64,000 bases of DNA from an uncultured Thermodesulfobacteriota bacterium (GCA_964611635.1 CAZTAS010000002.1:12720-76719); one strand, 5' to 3'; positions 29,001 to 39,108 are shown, numbered from the stretch's first letter. Notes: generated by a model from the sequence alone, not told the origin. Made by a program: numbers and translations.

Positions 29001-31700
29001 CACATGGAACTTAAAGGCCTCCTTTGAAAGCGCCCATGAATCGGGCTTGATTCCAAGCAATATGTTTGAAGGCCATACGGTTACCCTCTGCGATACGGTC
29101 TGTACCTCCCCGTTCGGATCACGAAATTCAAGTTCCATAAGGACATTCTGAGGGATGAGCGCCTCCGGGATGTCTTGTATCTTCGCCCGAGCGGACCCTC
29201 CACTTCCGAGTGTAAGGTCAAAGGTCCTGAGAGACTTCTGCTTTCTTTCCTCCCGTCTGTACCTTTTTAGCACTCCTTCTTTCACCAGGCCGTTTGCAAA
29301 GGTAAAGCCGTCGTAATCAGTGAAAAAGACATGCTTGGGCTCAACCCGGCTTCTCAGTTTCACGGGCAGGCCGACCGCTCCTCCTCCCGCAAGATAAGTA
29401 ACGAGGAGGTCTACATCCATATCCCCCACTTTAACGAGGGGCCCGGAAGGAGGCTGAATGATGCCCCTCATTAAGGGCACCCTGAACTCTTCTACTCTGA
29501 AAGTGCCCGAACGCCAGTAATCAAGCCAGTTGTAATGCATCCGGGATTTTTTCTTTTTTATCTGCTTCTTAATGAGCATTACATCGTAATGCCCTAGCTT
29601 TGCCTCAACGGGGACTTGCCAGGTAGTCTCAGCCACTCCATTTTCCACGTCCCAGGTAAGTGGGAACTCATAACTTTGGTGGCTTCCTCGATGCTGAATA
29701 GCAACTGCCTTGGGGAGCTCCTCGACCCTAAGAAGGGAAAAATCCTCCATTGCATGCTTCCTGATGATATGTTTCATGTGTATGGTCTCGCCTGCCCTGA
29801 GGAGGCTTCTGCCCAAAACAGTATGGGCGATAACCGGCCCTTTGTAAGAGCCTTCGGGGAGCCTAAAGCGCCAGGGTTCTATGCCCTGGTCCCATGTTGA
29901 ATGCACAAATGTAAGGTCATCGGATGTCCTGGCAGTAATAATAAGCTCTCTGTCGATGCCATCCAGGGCTGTGAGTTGGGAATAATCCAGGTATGCTTCT
30001 CTGTCCCTTTTGCATGGACAAAAGGGGAGTTCCCCCTGTCGAGGCAGCTCATCGCCGATATATGCAATGCCCTTTTCATCCGTCGTGCCTTCCCACAGTG
30101 TTTCACCCTTACAATTCCGGACTGTAACCACTGCGCCCTCGACCGGTTCGGCATTGTCGAGGGTTGTCACCCAAATGAGAGAAGACTCCCTCCCCCACTT
30201 AAAATGAGCCGAGAGGTTTGTAACAAGCGCCACAGTGGGGACATAGATCGGGTGATGTTTCCCCAGTAAAGAAGCACCAAGTATGGAACTTTCGATTTCC
30301 ACCACATAAAGGCCGGTCCTTTTGAGGGGGATTCCAACCACCTCGAATGCTTTCTTTCCGTGGGGTTTGGGGATGATGAAATTCTCTGCCTCGGTGTTTT
30401 TTTTCAAAACCGAGCGGCTGCGTCCTGCAGAGGCGACCTCTCTCAGCCACGTAATAATCTCATTGTCTTCATCCACCCGAAGTATCTTCCCCTTTAGGCT
30501 TTCGAATACTTCCTTTATCCCTTTCTCTCCCGCAACCTTGAGTAACCGAGCTTGTATCTCCGGCTCAATGTTTCTCAACGTTACGGGGAGCACAGGGTCT
30601 TGTTTTTCAATGATGCCGAAACGAGCTGAAAACTTGGCAAGAGGAGGATACGAACCGGTCCTTGCCTCAAGGGGGAACTTATCAATGTTGGATAGACTCC
30701 TCCCAGCATCGTCCCTAATATCAGGGGGGATCTCAACGAGAAACGAGGTATTCTCCGGAAATGGGCCTGAAAACGTGACACCCCATACGAACTTTTCTTT
30801 TTCTTCGTCCCGCTCAATGGGCGTATAGACCTCACCGCCCCCTTTTATCCTGACTGCGCGGGCAAACTCAAGTGGGACGGGGGATGAAAAGCGTATGTGC
30901 ATGGGTAAAAACGGGATACAGCCTGCCTCTGGGTTTTCTCTCTGACAGGAAAAGGTTGCGGTAAAGGGGCTGCGGGATTTGAAGTGGAGCACCTGGTCTT
31001 CAGTTGTTGGCACACCGCTTACCGACTCCACCCCCTTTCCCCATATCAGATGGACGGCTTTTTCATTGGGGAAACTTTGCCTGCATTGAAGGACAATCTC
31101 GGGCCTGTCTTCATATCGCCTGAATCGGTATCGTTCATGGTAGATTTCCAGAATCTGTTCCCTTTTTTCACCCTTAAGAACCCTGACACTAATGCTTTCG
31201 TTAATACCTTCAACAGAGAATGTGACATTTGCAAGGACTGTCTCTTCCTCTGGCTCAGCATCCAGAGTTAGAATGAATATCTGGTTTTCATCCACATAAC
31301 TCCCCTTGTAGGGATAGGACCTCCAAACTTTTGGCCCTCCCGTTGAAAAGGAAAACATCCTTTGCCCCGTCACCTCTTTCCCCGAAAGGGTCCTCAATCC
31401 CGGCACAAGGGTAAAGCTGCAGACAACACCTGCGGGCAGGTCTTTTCTGAAGTCGTATACCCAGTTCTTCCCGTCAGCCCACCTCCCCATGCCTTCCATC
31501 GGACATTTGATTTCAAACGGGTTCTCCAAGGTAGGGTCTCCAAAAAAAACCATCTGCTCGGAAAATTTAACCCTCACCTGCCTCACATTCTTGACCGTCC
31601 CTTGAGGGGAAAAGATAACCACACGTGGTTCCTCGGCAAGTGCCGGATTGAAACTGACCAACGTAAAGATCATAAGGAGAAAAATCAAAACAGTCCTCAT
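26022..31700 (-). CDS. Bacterial alpha-2-macroglobulin family protein (YfhM-like), thioester-containing
   Basis: 1892 aa. Signal peptide MRTVLIFLLMIFTLVSFNPALA/EE. The CIEQ thioester motif (YPYTCIEQ) is encoded at 27385-27396. Size and pairing with pbpC fit the family. Confidence 0.9.
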   Translation of the reverse strand: MRTVLIFLLMIFTLVSFNPALAEEPRVVIFSPQGTVKNVRQVRVKFSEQMVFFGDPTLENPFEIKCPMEGMGRWADGKNWVYDFRKDLPAGVVCSFTLVPGLRTLSGKEVTGQRMFSFSTGGPKVWRSYPYKGSYVDENQIFILTLDAEPEEETVLANVTFSVEGINESISVRVLKGEKREQILEIYHERYRFRRYEDRPEIVLQCRQSFPNEKAVHLIWGKGVESVSGVPTTEDQVLHFKSRSPFTATFSCQRENPEAGCIPFLPMHIRFSSPVPLEFARAVRIKGGGEVYTPIERDEEKEKFVWGVTFSGPFPENTSFLVEIPPDIRDDAGRSLSNIDKFPLEARTGSYPPLAKFSARFGIIEKQDPVLPVTLRNIEPEIQARLLKVAGEKGIKEVFESLKGKILRVDEDNEIITWLREVASAGRSRSVLKKNTEAENFIIPKPHGKKAFEVVGIPLKRTGLYVVEIESSILGASLLGKHHPIYVPTVALVTNLSAHFKWGRESSLIWVTTLDNAEPVEGAVVTVRNCKGETLWEGTTDEKGIAYIGDELPRQGELPFCPCKRDREAYLDYSQLTALDGIDRELIITARTSDDLTFVHSTWDQGIEPWRFRLPEGSYKGPVIAHTVLGRSLLRAGETIHMKHIIRKHAMEDFSLLRVEELPKAVAIQHRGSHQSYEFPLTWDVENGVAETTWQVPVEAKLGHYDVMLIKKQIKKKKSRMHYNWLDYWRSGTFRVEEFRVPLMRGIIQPPSGPLVKVGDMDVDLLVTYLAGGGAVGLPVKLRSRVEPKHVFFTDYDGFTFANGLVKEGVLKRYRREERKQKSLRTFDLTLGSGGSARAKIQDIPEALIPQNVLMELEFRDPNGEVQTVSQRVTVWPSNILLGIKPDSWALSKEAFKFHVVALDVLGKPVPGVEVKVDIFKQTTFSHRKRIVGGFYAYEHVSETKRIGSLYEGITDAKGILICEVESPVSGNIILQAMANDSEGRIAVTNRSVWIAGKEDWWFDVSDSDRIDVLSEKKRYEPGETAKFQVRMPFREATALVTIEREGVMETHLRTLSGKQPVIELPVKDHYAPNVFVSVLCVRGRVGGVKPTALIDLGKPAYKLGIAEIKVGWQAHELKVDVKAERQVYKIREKARVKIMVKRADGMPLAQGAEVAVAAVDEGLLELMPNRSWDLLEDMMRRRGYEVRTSTAQTQVVGKRHYGLKALPQGGGGGRQRTREMFDTLLFWKGRHSLDRNGEATVEIPLLDSLTSFRIVAVATSGAGLFGTGQTSIRTTQDIMLLSGLPELVRQGDKFRAGFTLRNASAESMDVDIKAAVNGEPLNAMRVSLKPGESKEIGWLYEAPKNGTNLIWEVTAEDEKTGALDALKVKQRVIPATPVRVFQATLMQLEKSIDVAIRQPEDAEKERGGVRVYFRPKLSDEKSGIIDYMKDYPYTCIEQKVSVAVALRDKKRWKRIMEDLPSFLDSEGLVKYFPTNVKGSDVLTTYLLSIAHEAGWEIPAGSRSRMLKGLIGFVEGRVQRYSSLPSADLSIRKMAAVEALSRYGKAHWRHLHSIAIEPNLWPTSAVIDWLNVLIRIKGIPERKKKLEEAEQILKSRLNFQGTTLGFSTEKTDELWWLMCSVDVNAVRMLLSVLEFDSWREDMPRLLKGAMGRQRRGRWSTTVANAWGVLALEKFSEKFEAEPVEGISTAVLKEKKKGLDWVEFPEGQSIMFPWPEEEEKLNVSHDGGGRPWVVVQSLAAIPLTESFSSGYTFTKAYLPVERQEAGRWSRGDVVRVRIEIEAQADRTWVVVSDPIPAGATIIGTGLGRDSRLLTRGEKSPGWRWWGVWPAFKERSFEAFRAYYEYVPKGEWTVEYTMRLNTEGIFKLPETRVEALYSPEMFGEVPNEEFRIFP

Positions 31701-31778
31701 AAGGGCTCCTTTTCTAATGGAATCACGAGATGATTTAGCCTACTATATCTTGATGTCATGGTCAAGCTAAATAAAAAA

Positions 31779-31807
31779 TTGACAATCACATAATTTATCA
31801 TTATTGT
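31779..31807 (+). promoter_or_regulatory. Candidate sigma70-like promoter (TTGACA-N17-TATTGT) for the cas operon
   Basis: TTGACA at 31779-31784 and TATTGT at 31802-31807, in the AT-rich divergent region between the A2M gene and cas3. Sequence match only. Confidence 0.25.
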
Positions 31808-31947
31808 TGAAGTATTTGATATTGTCTTGAACTGTATATTGAGGGTAATCCTTCGGAAATAGGAATGGGCCTGAAGAAAAAAATCCGGCTTCTCTCTCTA
31901 AAGATGGAGATGTGGGGTCTTTTTGCTAAACCGATTGGAGTGATGCC

Positions 31948-34278
31948 TTGAACATCTGCTTCAAGAATCTTTTCAGCTTGACCATGGGGACGGAAATTGA
32001 ACCCTATCCCTATCAAGAAAGTCTCGCCAATGAATCATGGCCAGACATTGTGAATGTGCAGACCGGTATGGGTAAAACCGCTGGCATCATTCTTTCCTGG
32101 CTCTATAAACGTCTTAGAAACGATCCGGAGACTCCTCGCCGTTTGATCTATTGTCTGCCGATGAGGGTATTGGTGGAACAAACGGCCAGTAATGCACGCA
32201 AATGGGTTGAAAAGCTTACAGCGGCAGGTGCATTTCAGGAATCCATACAACCGATAGTGTATGTGATGATGGGGGGTGAAATTGATAAAGATTGGGACAT
32301 GAATCCCGAAATGGATGCGATTCTGATAGGCACTCAGGACCAGCTCTTATCTCGCGCTCTGAACCGAGGATATGCCATGAGCCGCTTTCGCTGGCCTATC
32401 CAATTCGGGCTTTTGAACAACGACTGCCTGTGGGTGATGGATGAAGTTCAGCTAATGGGGTCTGGGCTTGCCACCACAACACAACTGCAGGCGTTCCGAA
32501 AAACGTTGGGCACAGCTTTGACGGTGCGATCCGTCTGGATGAGCGCAACCCTTCAGAAAGATTGGCTTAACACCGTAGATTTCGACGCTGAGACCGAAAT
32601 TCTACGGGAATGCACTCTTTCCGATAAAGATCGGTCGATCCCATCATTAAAACGGCGATTCGAAGCGACAAAACCTCTGGAAAAGACAGAAAGTCCCGCC
32701 AAGGACGTTAATAAAATCGCCCAACTGATTCTCGATAAACATAGACCTGGTACAAGGACATTGGTTGTCGTTAACACTGTCAAGCGCGCTATGGATATAT
32801 ATGCGGAGGTCAAAGGGAAGAAGCCGAAGGCCTCCCTTGCATTGGTGCATTCCCATTTCAGACCGAAAGACCGCCAGAATGCCCTGGATAAGCTTCTCAC
32901 ATCGCCCAATAGCGAAGGCACCATTTGCATTTCAACACAGGTAGTTGAAGCCGGGGTGGACGTTTCTGTTACGACATTGATTACAGATCTCGCCCCCTGG
33001 GCGTCACTCGTTCAGCGTTTCGGGCGATGCAACCGCAACGGCTGGGACGATAATGCCCGAGTCATCTGGTTGGATTTGGACCTGAGCGAGAAAGGAGCCG
33101 CAGCCCCATACACAGAAGAAGAACTTGGTCGATCAGCCTCCATCCTTTCAGAACTTCACGACGTCGGGCCGAAAAGCCTGCCCCCGTTTACTGACAGAGT
33201 CGATCACAAACACGTTCTTCGCAGCAAGGACTTCATCGACCTTTTTGACACTACGCCGGATCTGGCCGGGGCGGATATCGACATTTCCCGGTTCATTCGC
33301 GAGACGGATGTCCATGACGTCCAGGTCTTCTGGAGAGATTTTCCGGGAGAACGCCCCGGGGATGATGAAAAGGCTCCGGCAAGGGACGAAATTTGCAGCG
33401 TTTCGGCGTCCGAATTGAAGAAGATGGATAATTGGCGCTTTGATCATCTTGAAAAGCAATGGGTCAAGCCCGAAATCATTTCCCCCGGTATGGTTCTTAT
33501 GCTCCGTAAATCAGACGGTGGCTATAATTCAGAAAAAGGCTGGACCGGCAACAAGAAAGATATACCGGAACTGCTTGAAGCCGGACGACTCGCGGGGGAA
33601 GCCTATGACGATGACTATCACTCGGCGGGCACCTGGCAGACGATGGCCGATCACAGCGATGCCGTGGTCAAAGAGATGGAAATGCTGCTGAGCCGCCTTT
33701 CACTTCCAGATGAAGATTGGGTGAGTACCCTTTTGCTCGCCGCCAGATGGCACGATGCTGGTAAAACGCATGACATATGTCAGAAAGCCTTCCTGGGTGA
33801 ACAACCCGAGAAAGACAACTCGATTGTCTGGGCTAAAACCAATCTTCAGGGCTTTCGTTACGAAAGAAAAGGCTTCAGGCACGAACTGGCTTCCGCATTG
33901 GCCATGTTGGAAAACGGCCTGCCCGACCTGGCGGCCTATCTGGCCGCCGCTCACCACGGAAAAGTGAGGCTTTCGATTCGCTCTCTTCCCAGCGAAACAA
34001 AGCCCGAAGCTCCTGATCGGCGCTTTGCCCGCGGCATATGGGACGGCGAGATATTGCGGGAAGCCGACCTCGGTGGCGGTCAGAGGCTGCCGGAAACCAT
34101 CCTGGATTTAACGTACATGGAGTGCGGCGAGGGGCCGCGTGGGCCGAGCTGGCTGGCAAGGATGCTCTCTTTGAGGGACGACCCATCCCTTGGACCTTTG
34201 AGACTGGCTTTATTGGAGGCTTTGCTTCGCATAGCAGATTGGAGGGCAAGCCGAGATGCGAGGGAAAATCATGCATGA
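31948..34278 (+). CDS. cas3: Cas3 helicase-nuclease, type I-G/I-U architecture (N-terminal SF2 helicase, C-terminal HD nuclease)
   Basis: Walker A is QTGMGKTAG and the DExD/H box is VMDEVQL. The C-terminal HD motifs are ADHS, WHDAGK, FRHE and AAHHGK. The start is either the TTG at 31948 (GGAG 7 nt upstream) or the ATG at 31984. Confidence 0.9.
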   Translation: MNICFKNLFSLTMGTEIEPYPYQESLANESWPDIVNVQTGMGKTAGIILSWLYKRLRNDPETPRRLIYCLPMRVLVEQTASNARKWVEKLTAAGAFQESIQPIVYVMMGGEIDKDWDMNPEMDAILIGTQDQLLSRALNRGYAMSRFRWPIQFGLLNNDCLWVMDEVQLMGSGLATTTQLQAFRKTLGTALTVRSVWMSATLQKDWLNTVDFDAETEILRECTLSDKDRSIPSLKRRFEATKPLEKTESPAKDVNKIAQLILDKHRPGTRTLVVVNTVKRAMDIYAEVKGKKPKASLALVHSHFRPKDRQNALDKLLTSPNSEGTICISTQVVEAGVDVSVTTLITDLAPWASLVQRFGRCNRNGWDDNARVIWLDLDLSEKGAAAPYTEEELGRSASILSELHDVGPKSLPPFTDRVDHKHVLRSKDFIDLFDTTPDLAGADIDISRFIRETDVHDVQVFWRDFPGERPGDDEKAPARDEICSVSASELKKMDNWRFDHLEKQWVKPEIISPGMVLMLRKSDGGYNSEKGWTGNKKDIPELLEAGRLAGEAYDDDYHSAGTWQTMADHSDAVVKEMEMLLSRLSLPDEDWVSTLLLAARWHDAGKTHDICQKAFLGEQPEKDNSIVWAKTNLQGFRYERKGFRHELASALAMLENGLPDLAAYLAAAHHGKVRLSIRSLPSETKPEAPDRRFARGIWDGEILREADLGGGQRLPETILDLTYMECGEGPRGPSWLARMLSLRDDPSLGPLRLALLEALLRIADWRASRDARENHA

Positions 34279-36619
34279 GCATTTTCTCCCGGGCTGCAAA
34301 CCCAGGCCGCTTGCAAGTTACCTGAAAGCTCTGGGAATCCTTCGCCTTGTTGCCGGGCAAAAGGACACCCAGGTTAAAGGCTGGTGGGAGAGGGAGTCAT
34401 TTTCCATTATAACAAACCTTACCAAAGACGAGATTGAAACATTCTTTTGTGATGAATACGCCCCTACACCCATTGTTGCACCGTGGAATGGGGGGAGCGG
34501 TTTTTATCCCACTGATGACACAGAAGGATTAGAGGCAATAGTAAATAGCGATAGTGAACGTTTCGCAATATATCGCAATGTTATCTCTCATATACAGTCG
34601 TGGCCGGAAATGCCGAGAACACCGAACACGCCCGGTGATATTGCAAAAGTGCTGAAAAGTGCTTCCAATGACATGCGGCCGGGCAAGAAACGCGACGCCA
34701 TAGAGGAACTTTTACAAAGTATAGCGAACCAAGCTCCAACTTCTGCGGCCTTTGGTGGGCATGATCCTTATGAAGTTACTTTAGCTGAAGTGGAATCTTT
34801 ATCCAGACAAATGGATAATCCTAACCGACAGACGATAAAGAACTGGTCGAAAGTCCTTAAAAAGGCCCGCACTAAGTGCAGCGAATTCGAGCGTATCGGC
34901 AATAAAGAGACTATCCTGGCCATTTGCCGGTCAAGATTACCCGAAGTTTGCCTTCAATGGCTCGACGCTCTTTACGCGCTTCATGCCGATGGCAGCGCCT
35001 CTTTCAGTCCTGTCCTTGGCACATACGGCAATGACGGGAATCTCGAATTCAGCAATAATTTCATGCAGCGATTGGCCGGTCTTTTTATCAGCGGCGATCC
35101 GGAAATTACCCGGAATTTATTTCGCTCATCTCTTTATGATGCCACTATGCCGGGGCTTATCCCGGCAAAGGTCGGGCAATATGACCCCGGCCGGGCGGGA
35201 GGATACAACCAGGGCAGTGAGGTGGAGACCAAGGACTTCAAGATCAACCCCTGGGATTTTATCCTCATGATGGAGGGGACTCTGGTTCTTTCAAGCGCGG
35301 TTGCGCGCCGCCATCCTTCTGACGAGCGTTCCCAACTGAGCGCTCCTTTTACCGTCCGCTTCTCCCCTGTCGGCTTCACTTCCAGCGAATATGGAGAGAG
35401 AGGTCGGAATGAAACATGGCTTCCCCTCTGGCGCAATCCCGCAGCATACAGTGAGATCAAATATCTCTTCGGAGAGGGGAGATCCGCTGTCGGACGCAAA
35501 ATGGCAAGGACGGGCCTGGAGTTCTCACGGGCCGTCGGCATGCTGGGGGTGGACAGGGGGATAGATTCCTTTGAGCGGTACGCATTCCTTGCAAGGCGCG
35601 GCAAGAGTTACGTCGCCCTGCCCGCAGGCCGAATCCCGGTCAGATACAGGCCGGAGCTGGAACTTTTAAACGAATTTGATTTCATTATCGCTCCTGTTGA
35701 CAGTTTTCTGCGTGAGTTCAAGAACCTCCCTGCAACCTTTGAGAGCGCCCGCAGACAGATAGACGAGGCCATTTTCGCATGCAGCCAGCAAACAGACGTA
35801 TTTCGCTTTTGCGATCTGGCTCGCGCCATCGGGCGATTGGAAAGGCTTATCGCTGTGCGGGACAGGACCATAGTCCCCGCATTAAACCGACCCATGTTCG
35901 GCCTTTCTCCCAGATGGATACTCCAGTGCGACGACGGAAGTATTGAAGTGCGCATAGCGGCAGCCCTCGCTTCAATCAAGGCCACCGGTAATGTCGGCTC
36001 CATACGGAGCCAGATGGCCGGTGTCGACCCGTCATACCCTCCTCGCTGGGGGAAACAAATCGGGCGGCAAGCCTGGCAAGGAGATAGCTTGCCCGAGCGG
36101 CTGGGCGGCGTGTTGATGCGCCGGTTGATGGAAGCGGAGAGAACCTCCGCTCCCTGCGTGCCCATCGAAGCAGAACTCTCTCTGTCTCCCCATGACGTCA
36201 TGCTGTTTTTGTGGGGACAATACGATGAAACCAAGATTGAAGAATTACTCTGGGGCTTCTCCATTATTAACTGGCAAAAATTTGGACTCAAGAACCTTAA
36301 GAAGATGTGGATGCGCCCCCTGGCTGAAAGCGTGCTGTCTCGGACATGGTGTCTGTTGAAACTTTTGCATACCCCGGAAGCAATCCGGGGTGTCAAAATC
36401 AAGAGGGAACCCAGGATAGCCCATCTCCTTCAAGCAGGCCGCATCCCTGACGCTTGCGGCCAGGCCCTCTACAGACTGCGCGTTTCTGAGCTCAACCCAT
36501 TTGAAGTGGATTACGAAGAAGAGCCCGATCCGGCCCGATTGCTGGCTAGTTTGTTGATTCCCATAAGGGAACAAGGGCAATTGGAGAAGTTGGTGCTTGC
36601 TGAAAAAACCGCAAACTAA
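34271..36619 (+). CDS. csx17: Csx17 (Cas8u2) large subunit, type I-G/I-U
   Basis: MHEHFLPGCKPRPLASYLKALGILRLV...GWWE is the characteristic Csx17 N-terminus. The ATG at 34271 overlaps the cas3 stop. Position in the operon fits. Confidence 0.85.
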   Translation: MHEHFLPGCKPRPLASYLKALGILRLVAGQKDTQVKGWWERESFSIITNLTKDEIETFFCDEYAPTPIVAPWNGGSGFYPTDDTEGLEAIVNSDSERFAIYRNVISHIQSWPEMPRTPNTPGDIAKVLKSASNDMRPGKKRDAIEELLQSIANQAPTSAAFGGHDPYEVTLAEVESLSRQMDNPNRQTIKNWSKVLKKARTKCSEFERIGNKETILAICRSRLPEVCLQWLDALYALHADGSASFSPVLGTYGNDGNLEFSNNFMQRLAGLFISGDPEITRNLFRSSLYDATMPGLIPAKVGQYDPGRAGGYNQGSEVETKDFKINPWDFILMMEGTLVLSSAVARRHPSDERSQLSAPFTVRFSPVGFTSSEYGERGRNETWLPLWRNPAAYSEIKYLFGEGRSAVGRKMARTGLEFSRAVGMLGVDRGIDSFERYAFLARRGKSYVALPAGRIPVRYRPELELLNEFDFIIAPVDSFLREFKNLPATFESARRQIDEAIFACSQQTDVFRFCDLARAIGRLERLIAVRDRTIVPALNRPMFGLSPRWILQCDDGSIEVRIAAALASIKATGNVGSIRSQMAGVDPSYPPRWGKQIGRQAWQGDSLPERLGGVLMRRLMEAERTSAPCVPIEAELSLSPHDVMLFLWGQYDETKIEELLWGFSIINWQKFGLKNLKKMWMRPLAESVLSRTWCLLKLLHTPEAIRGVKIKREPRIAHLLQAGRIPDACGQALYRLRVSELNPFEVDYEEEPDPARLLASLLIPIREQGQLEKLVLAEKTAN

Positions 36620-36636
36620 TGACCAGGAGGATCGAT

Positions 36637-37617
36637 ATGTTTGAGAGTCTAAAAGGTGTGAAACGGCTGTTGATGGAAGCGGAGCTTGCGCCCGTGCAGG
36701 GCGAAAGGTTCCAGCCCACAGGATTCGCCGACCTCGGGGCCGCCACCTATCAGACCACTGACGGCACCAGGATGCTTCTGGTCGAGTCGGCCCAATCCAT
36801 GGCCAACCGGCTTGAGCAGGCCGTCATCGGTCCTGACAACGAACTTGTCAAAGAACTTGAGGGGCTTTCTTATGTCCGCGCCCGGTTAAGCGGCGGCTCC
36901 TCAACAACAACGAATTCCCTCACTGAAGCCCACAGGATAAATTCGCCGTTCATAATTCCCGGCAAGAATTTTCAGGAGAAATTCAAGAAAGCTGCGGAAT
37001 ACGAGAAAAACATGCCGCTGAACTGGCAAAAAATCGCCCGCGCCCTGTTTCGCTTCGACGTCAACTCCGTATTGCATGGTGCCTTTCTTGCGAATCTGGA
37101 GGATGGACGCGTAAAAATCGCCCGCGCCCTTTCCGCTTTCATTGAGGCAAGAGGCGTGCGGGAGGTGGTCTCAGGCGGAGTTAAAATCAACCCCCTCGAC
37201 CCGACAGGAAAACTTCGAGCAAAAGCATGGGACAAAGACGTGTATGGCAATGTTCCCTACCACCGCGTAGAATACACGGCCGAGCGAATAACTGCTTACT
37301 TCAACCTTGATCTCGGCCTGCTGCGCAGTTACGATCTGAAGGATGACGCCCTCGATCTTCTGACCGCTCTGGCCCTGTACAAAATCCGGTTCTTCCTGGA
37401 TGAAGGCACAAGACTTCGCACGGCCTGCGATCTGAGAGCAATAAACGATCTCACCGTCACCGAACCCAAGGGGTTCACGGTGCCGGATAAAAAGGCACTG
37501 CTTGCCTGTCTCCCGCAGAAGATCCGGGCCTGTAAAAAGATGTTTGCTGATCCGCCGGTAACCGAAATTAACACGGAAACTGTGTTGAAAAAGCCAGAAA
37601 GCCAAGAGAAGGGATAA
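36637..37617 (+). CDS. csb1: Csb1 (Cas7u) backbone RAMP subunit, type I-G/I-U
   Basis: LLMEAELAPVQGERFQPTGFADLGAATYQ is the Csb1-family N-terminal signature. I prefer the ATG at 36637, preceded by AGGAGG. Confidence 0.85.
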   Translation: MFESLKGVKRLLMEAELAPVQGERFQPTGFADLGAATYQTTDGTRMLLVESAQSMANRLEQAVIGPDNELVKELEGLSYVRARLSGGSSTTTNSLTEAHRINSPFIIPGKNFQEKFKKAAEYEKNMPLNWQKIARALFRFDVNSVLHGAFLANLEDGRVKIARALSAFIEARGVREVVSGGVKINPLDPTGKLRAKAWDKDVYGNVPYHRVEYTAERITAYFNLDLGLLRSYDLKDDALDLLTALALYKIRFFLDEGTRLRTACDLRAINDLTVTEPKGFTVPDKKALLACLPQKIRACKKMFADPPVTEINTETVLKKPESQEKG

Positions 37618-37632
37618 TTATGGGGTGGCGAC

Positions 37633-39108
37633 ATGATCGTGATAGAGTTGCAATTTCCCGCGGGCCGCTTTCATGCGACCCCCTGGGGCCGCAACGTTAA
37701 CGAAGGGGAGGTTGAGTGGCCCCCTTCACCATATCGCCTGGCAAGAGCGCTGGTGGATGTCTGGAAGCGCAGAAAGCCCGCCTGGCCGGAAGAGCGGATG
37801 GAACCGGTGTTGAAGGCACTGAACGTCCCGCCGAAATATCTATTGCCCGCGGCCGCGGCAGCGCACACCCGGTCGTATTTAAGCAGCAACACAAAAGACC
37901 CAACCGATAAGCAGCTTATCTTTGATGCCTTTGTGGTCATCGACAGGTGCGAAAAAGTCTTGATGGGCTTCGAAGGAGACCTTTCGCCGGAATCCCGCAG
38001 AGATCTTCAGGAGCTTCTCGAGGAAATAAATTATTTCGGCAGGTCCGAATCATGGGTCCGCGCAGGATTGGCCGATGGACTATCAGACATCGAATGGAAC
38101 TGCTTCCCTACAGGTCTTGAGTCTGCCGGTCCAGATCATGAAACCGTGCAGGTGGCCTGCCTGCTGCCGCCTGAGAGGTATGCGGAATTGCCCCACCGGC
38201 CCGAAAAGAAAGAAAAAAAACAGGTCAAGACCGGCAAGGCCTGTTCATGGATAGAGGCCTTATGTATGACCACAAAGGACCTCTTAAAGGAAGGATGGAG
38301 CAACCCGCCCGCTTTGTTCCGGGTGGACTATGCCCGGCGAAGCGATTCCCTGCGCCCCAGGCCAGGGAGAAGCGCTCCGGGGCTTAAGGGCGGTTTCAGA
38401 TGCGCCAAGTATGCGCTATGTTCCACGGTCTTGCCCAACGTTGAGGAAACCGCCTCTTTTGCGGAGCGAATCCGGGGAAAGCTCATGGGCATCCATAAGC
38501 GAATCAAAAACAATGATCCTGCCCTCGTATCTCCGGTATTCAGCGGCAAAGACCCGGAGGGACGCCCTCTCAAAGGGCACAGGCATGCCTTCTTTCTCCC
38601 CCTTGATGAAGATGGCGACGGCCGGCTTGATCATCTTCTCATATATGCCGCCGATCCCTTTGACGAGGGCGAATTGGCGGCCCTGGACAACTTGCGGTCA
38701 GTCTGGCAGTCCAACCGCAGGCCCGACGTCCGGCTCGTCCTTGTCTCGCTTTCAGCGGAGCTACCGGGACAGAAGTCCGTCAAAAAATGGGTGAGCGCAA
38801 GCCCGTTCGTCTCTTCAAGGCATTATCGTAAAGGGCGTGGAACGTATCAAGAATGGCTGGACGCGGAAATCATGAAGGAATGCACCTTCCACGGGCTACC
38901 TGAGCCTGTTGGCATTGAATGGATTTCCCATCCATTGACGACAACGCGCCAGATCAGATGGTTTGAGTTCATCCGCAGCAGAAAGGACGTGCGCCCATTT
39001 CGCGGCTACGGCTGTATCCTCGAATTTAATGAATCAGTCAGAGGCCCCTTCGCCCTCGGCTCGGGTTGCCATTTCGGGCTTGGGCTGTTTGTCCGTTACA
39101 ACGGGTAA
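37633..39108 (+). CDS. csb2: Csb2 (Cas5u/Cas6-like fusion), type I-G/I-U
   Basis: MIVIELQFPAGRFHATPWGRNVNEGEVEWPPSPYRLARALV is the Csb2-family N-terminus. The protein is 491 aa and is the last cas gene before the array. Confidence 0.85.
   Translation: MIVIELQFPAGRFHATPWGRNVNEGEVEWPPSPYRLARALVDVWKRRKPAWPEERMEPVLKALNVPPKYLLPAAAAAHTRSYLSSNTKDPTDKQLIFDAFVVIDRCEKVLMGFEGDLSPESRRDLQELLEEINYFGRSESWVRAGLADGLSDIEWNCFPTGLESAGPDHETVQVACLLPPERYAELPHRPEKKEKKQVKTGKACSWIEALCMTTKDLLKEGWSNPPALFRVDYARRSDSLRPRPGRSAPGLKGGFRCAKYALCSTVLPNVEETASFAERIRGKLMGIHKRIKNNDPALVSPVFSGKDPEGRPLKGHRHAFFLPLDEDGDGRLDHLLIYAADPFDEGELAALDNLRSVWQSNRRPDVRLVLVSLSAELPGQKSVKKWVSASPFVSSRHYRKGRGTYQEWLDAEIMKECTFHGLPEPVGIEWISHPLTTTRQIRWFEFIRSRKDVRPFRGYGCILEFNESVRGPFALGSGCHFGLGLFVRYNG

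Noticed and set aside
35608-36402. A 264-aa minus-strand ORF inside csx17. Similar antisense ORFs occur at 11254-11943, 13759-14307, 20858-21592, 26440-27246 and 37171-37605.
   Set aside because: All of them lie opposite long genes with family-level signatures and show biased, motif-free composition. They are shadow ORFs.
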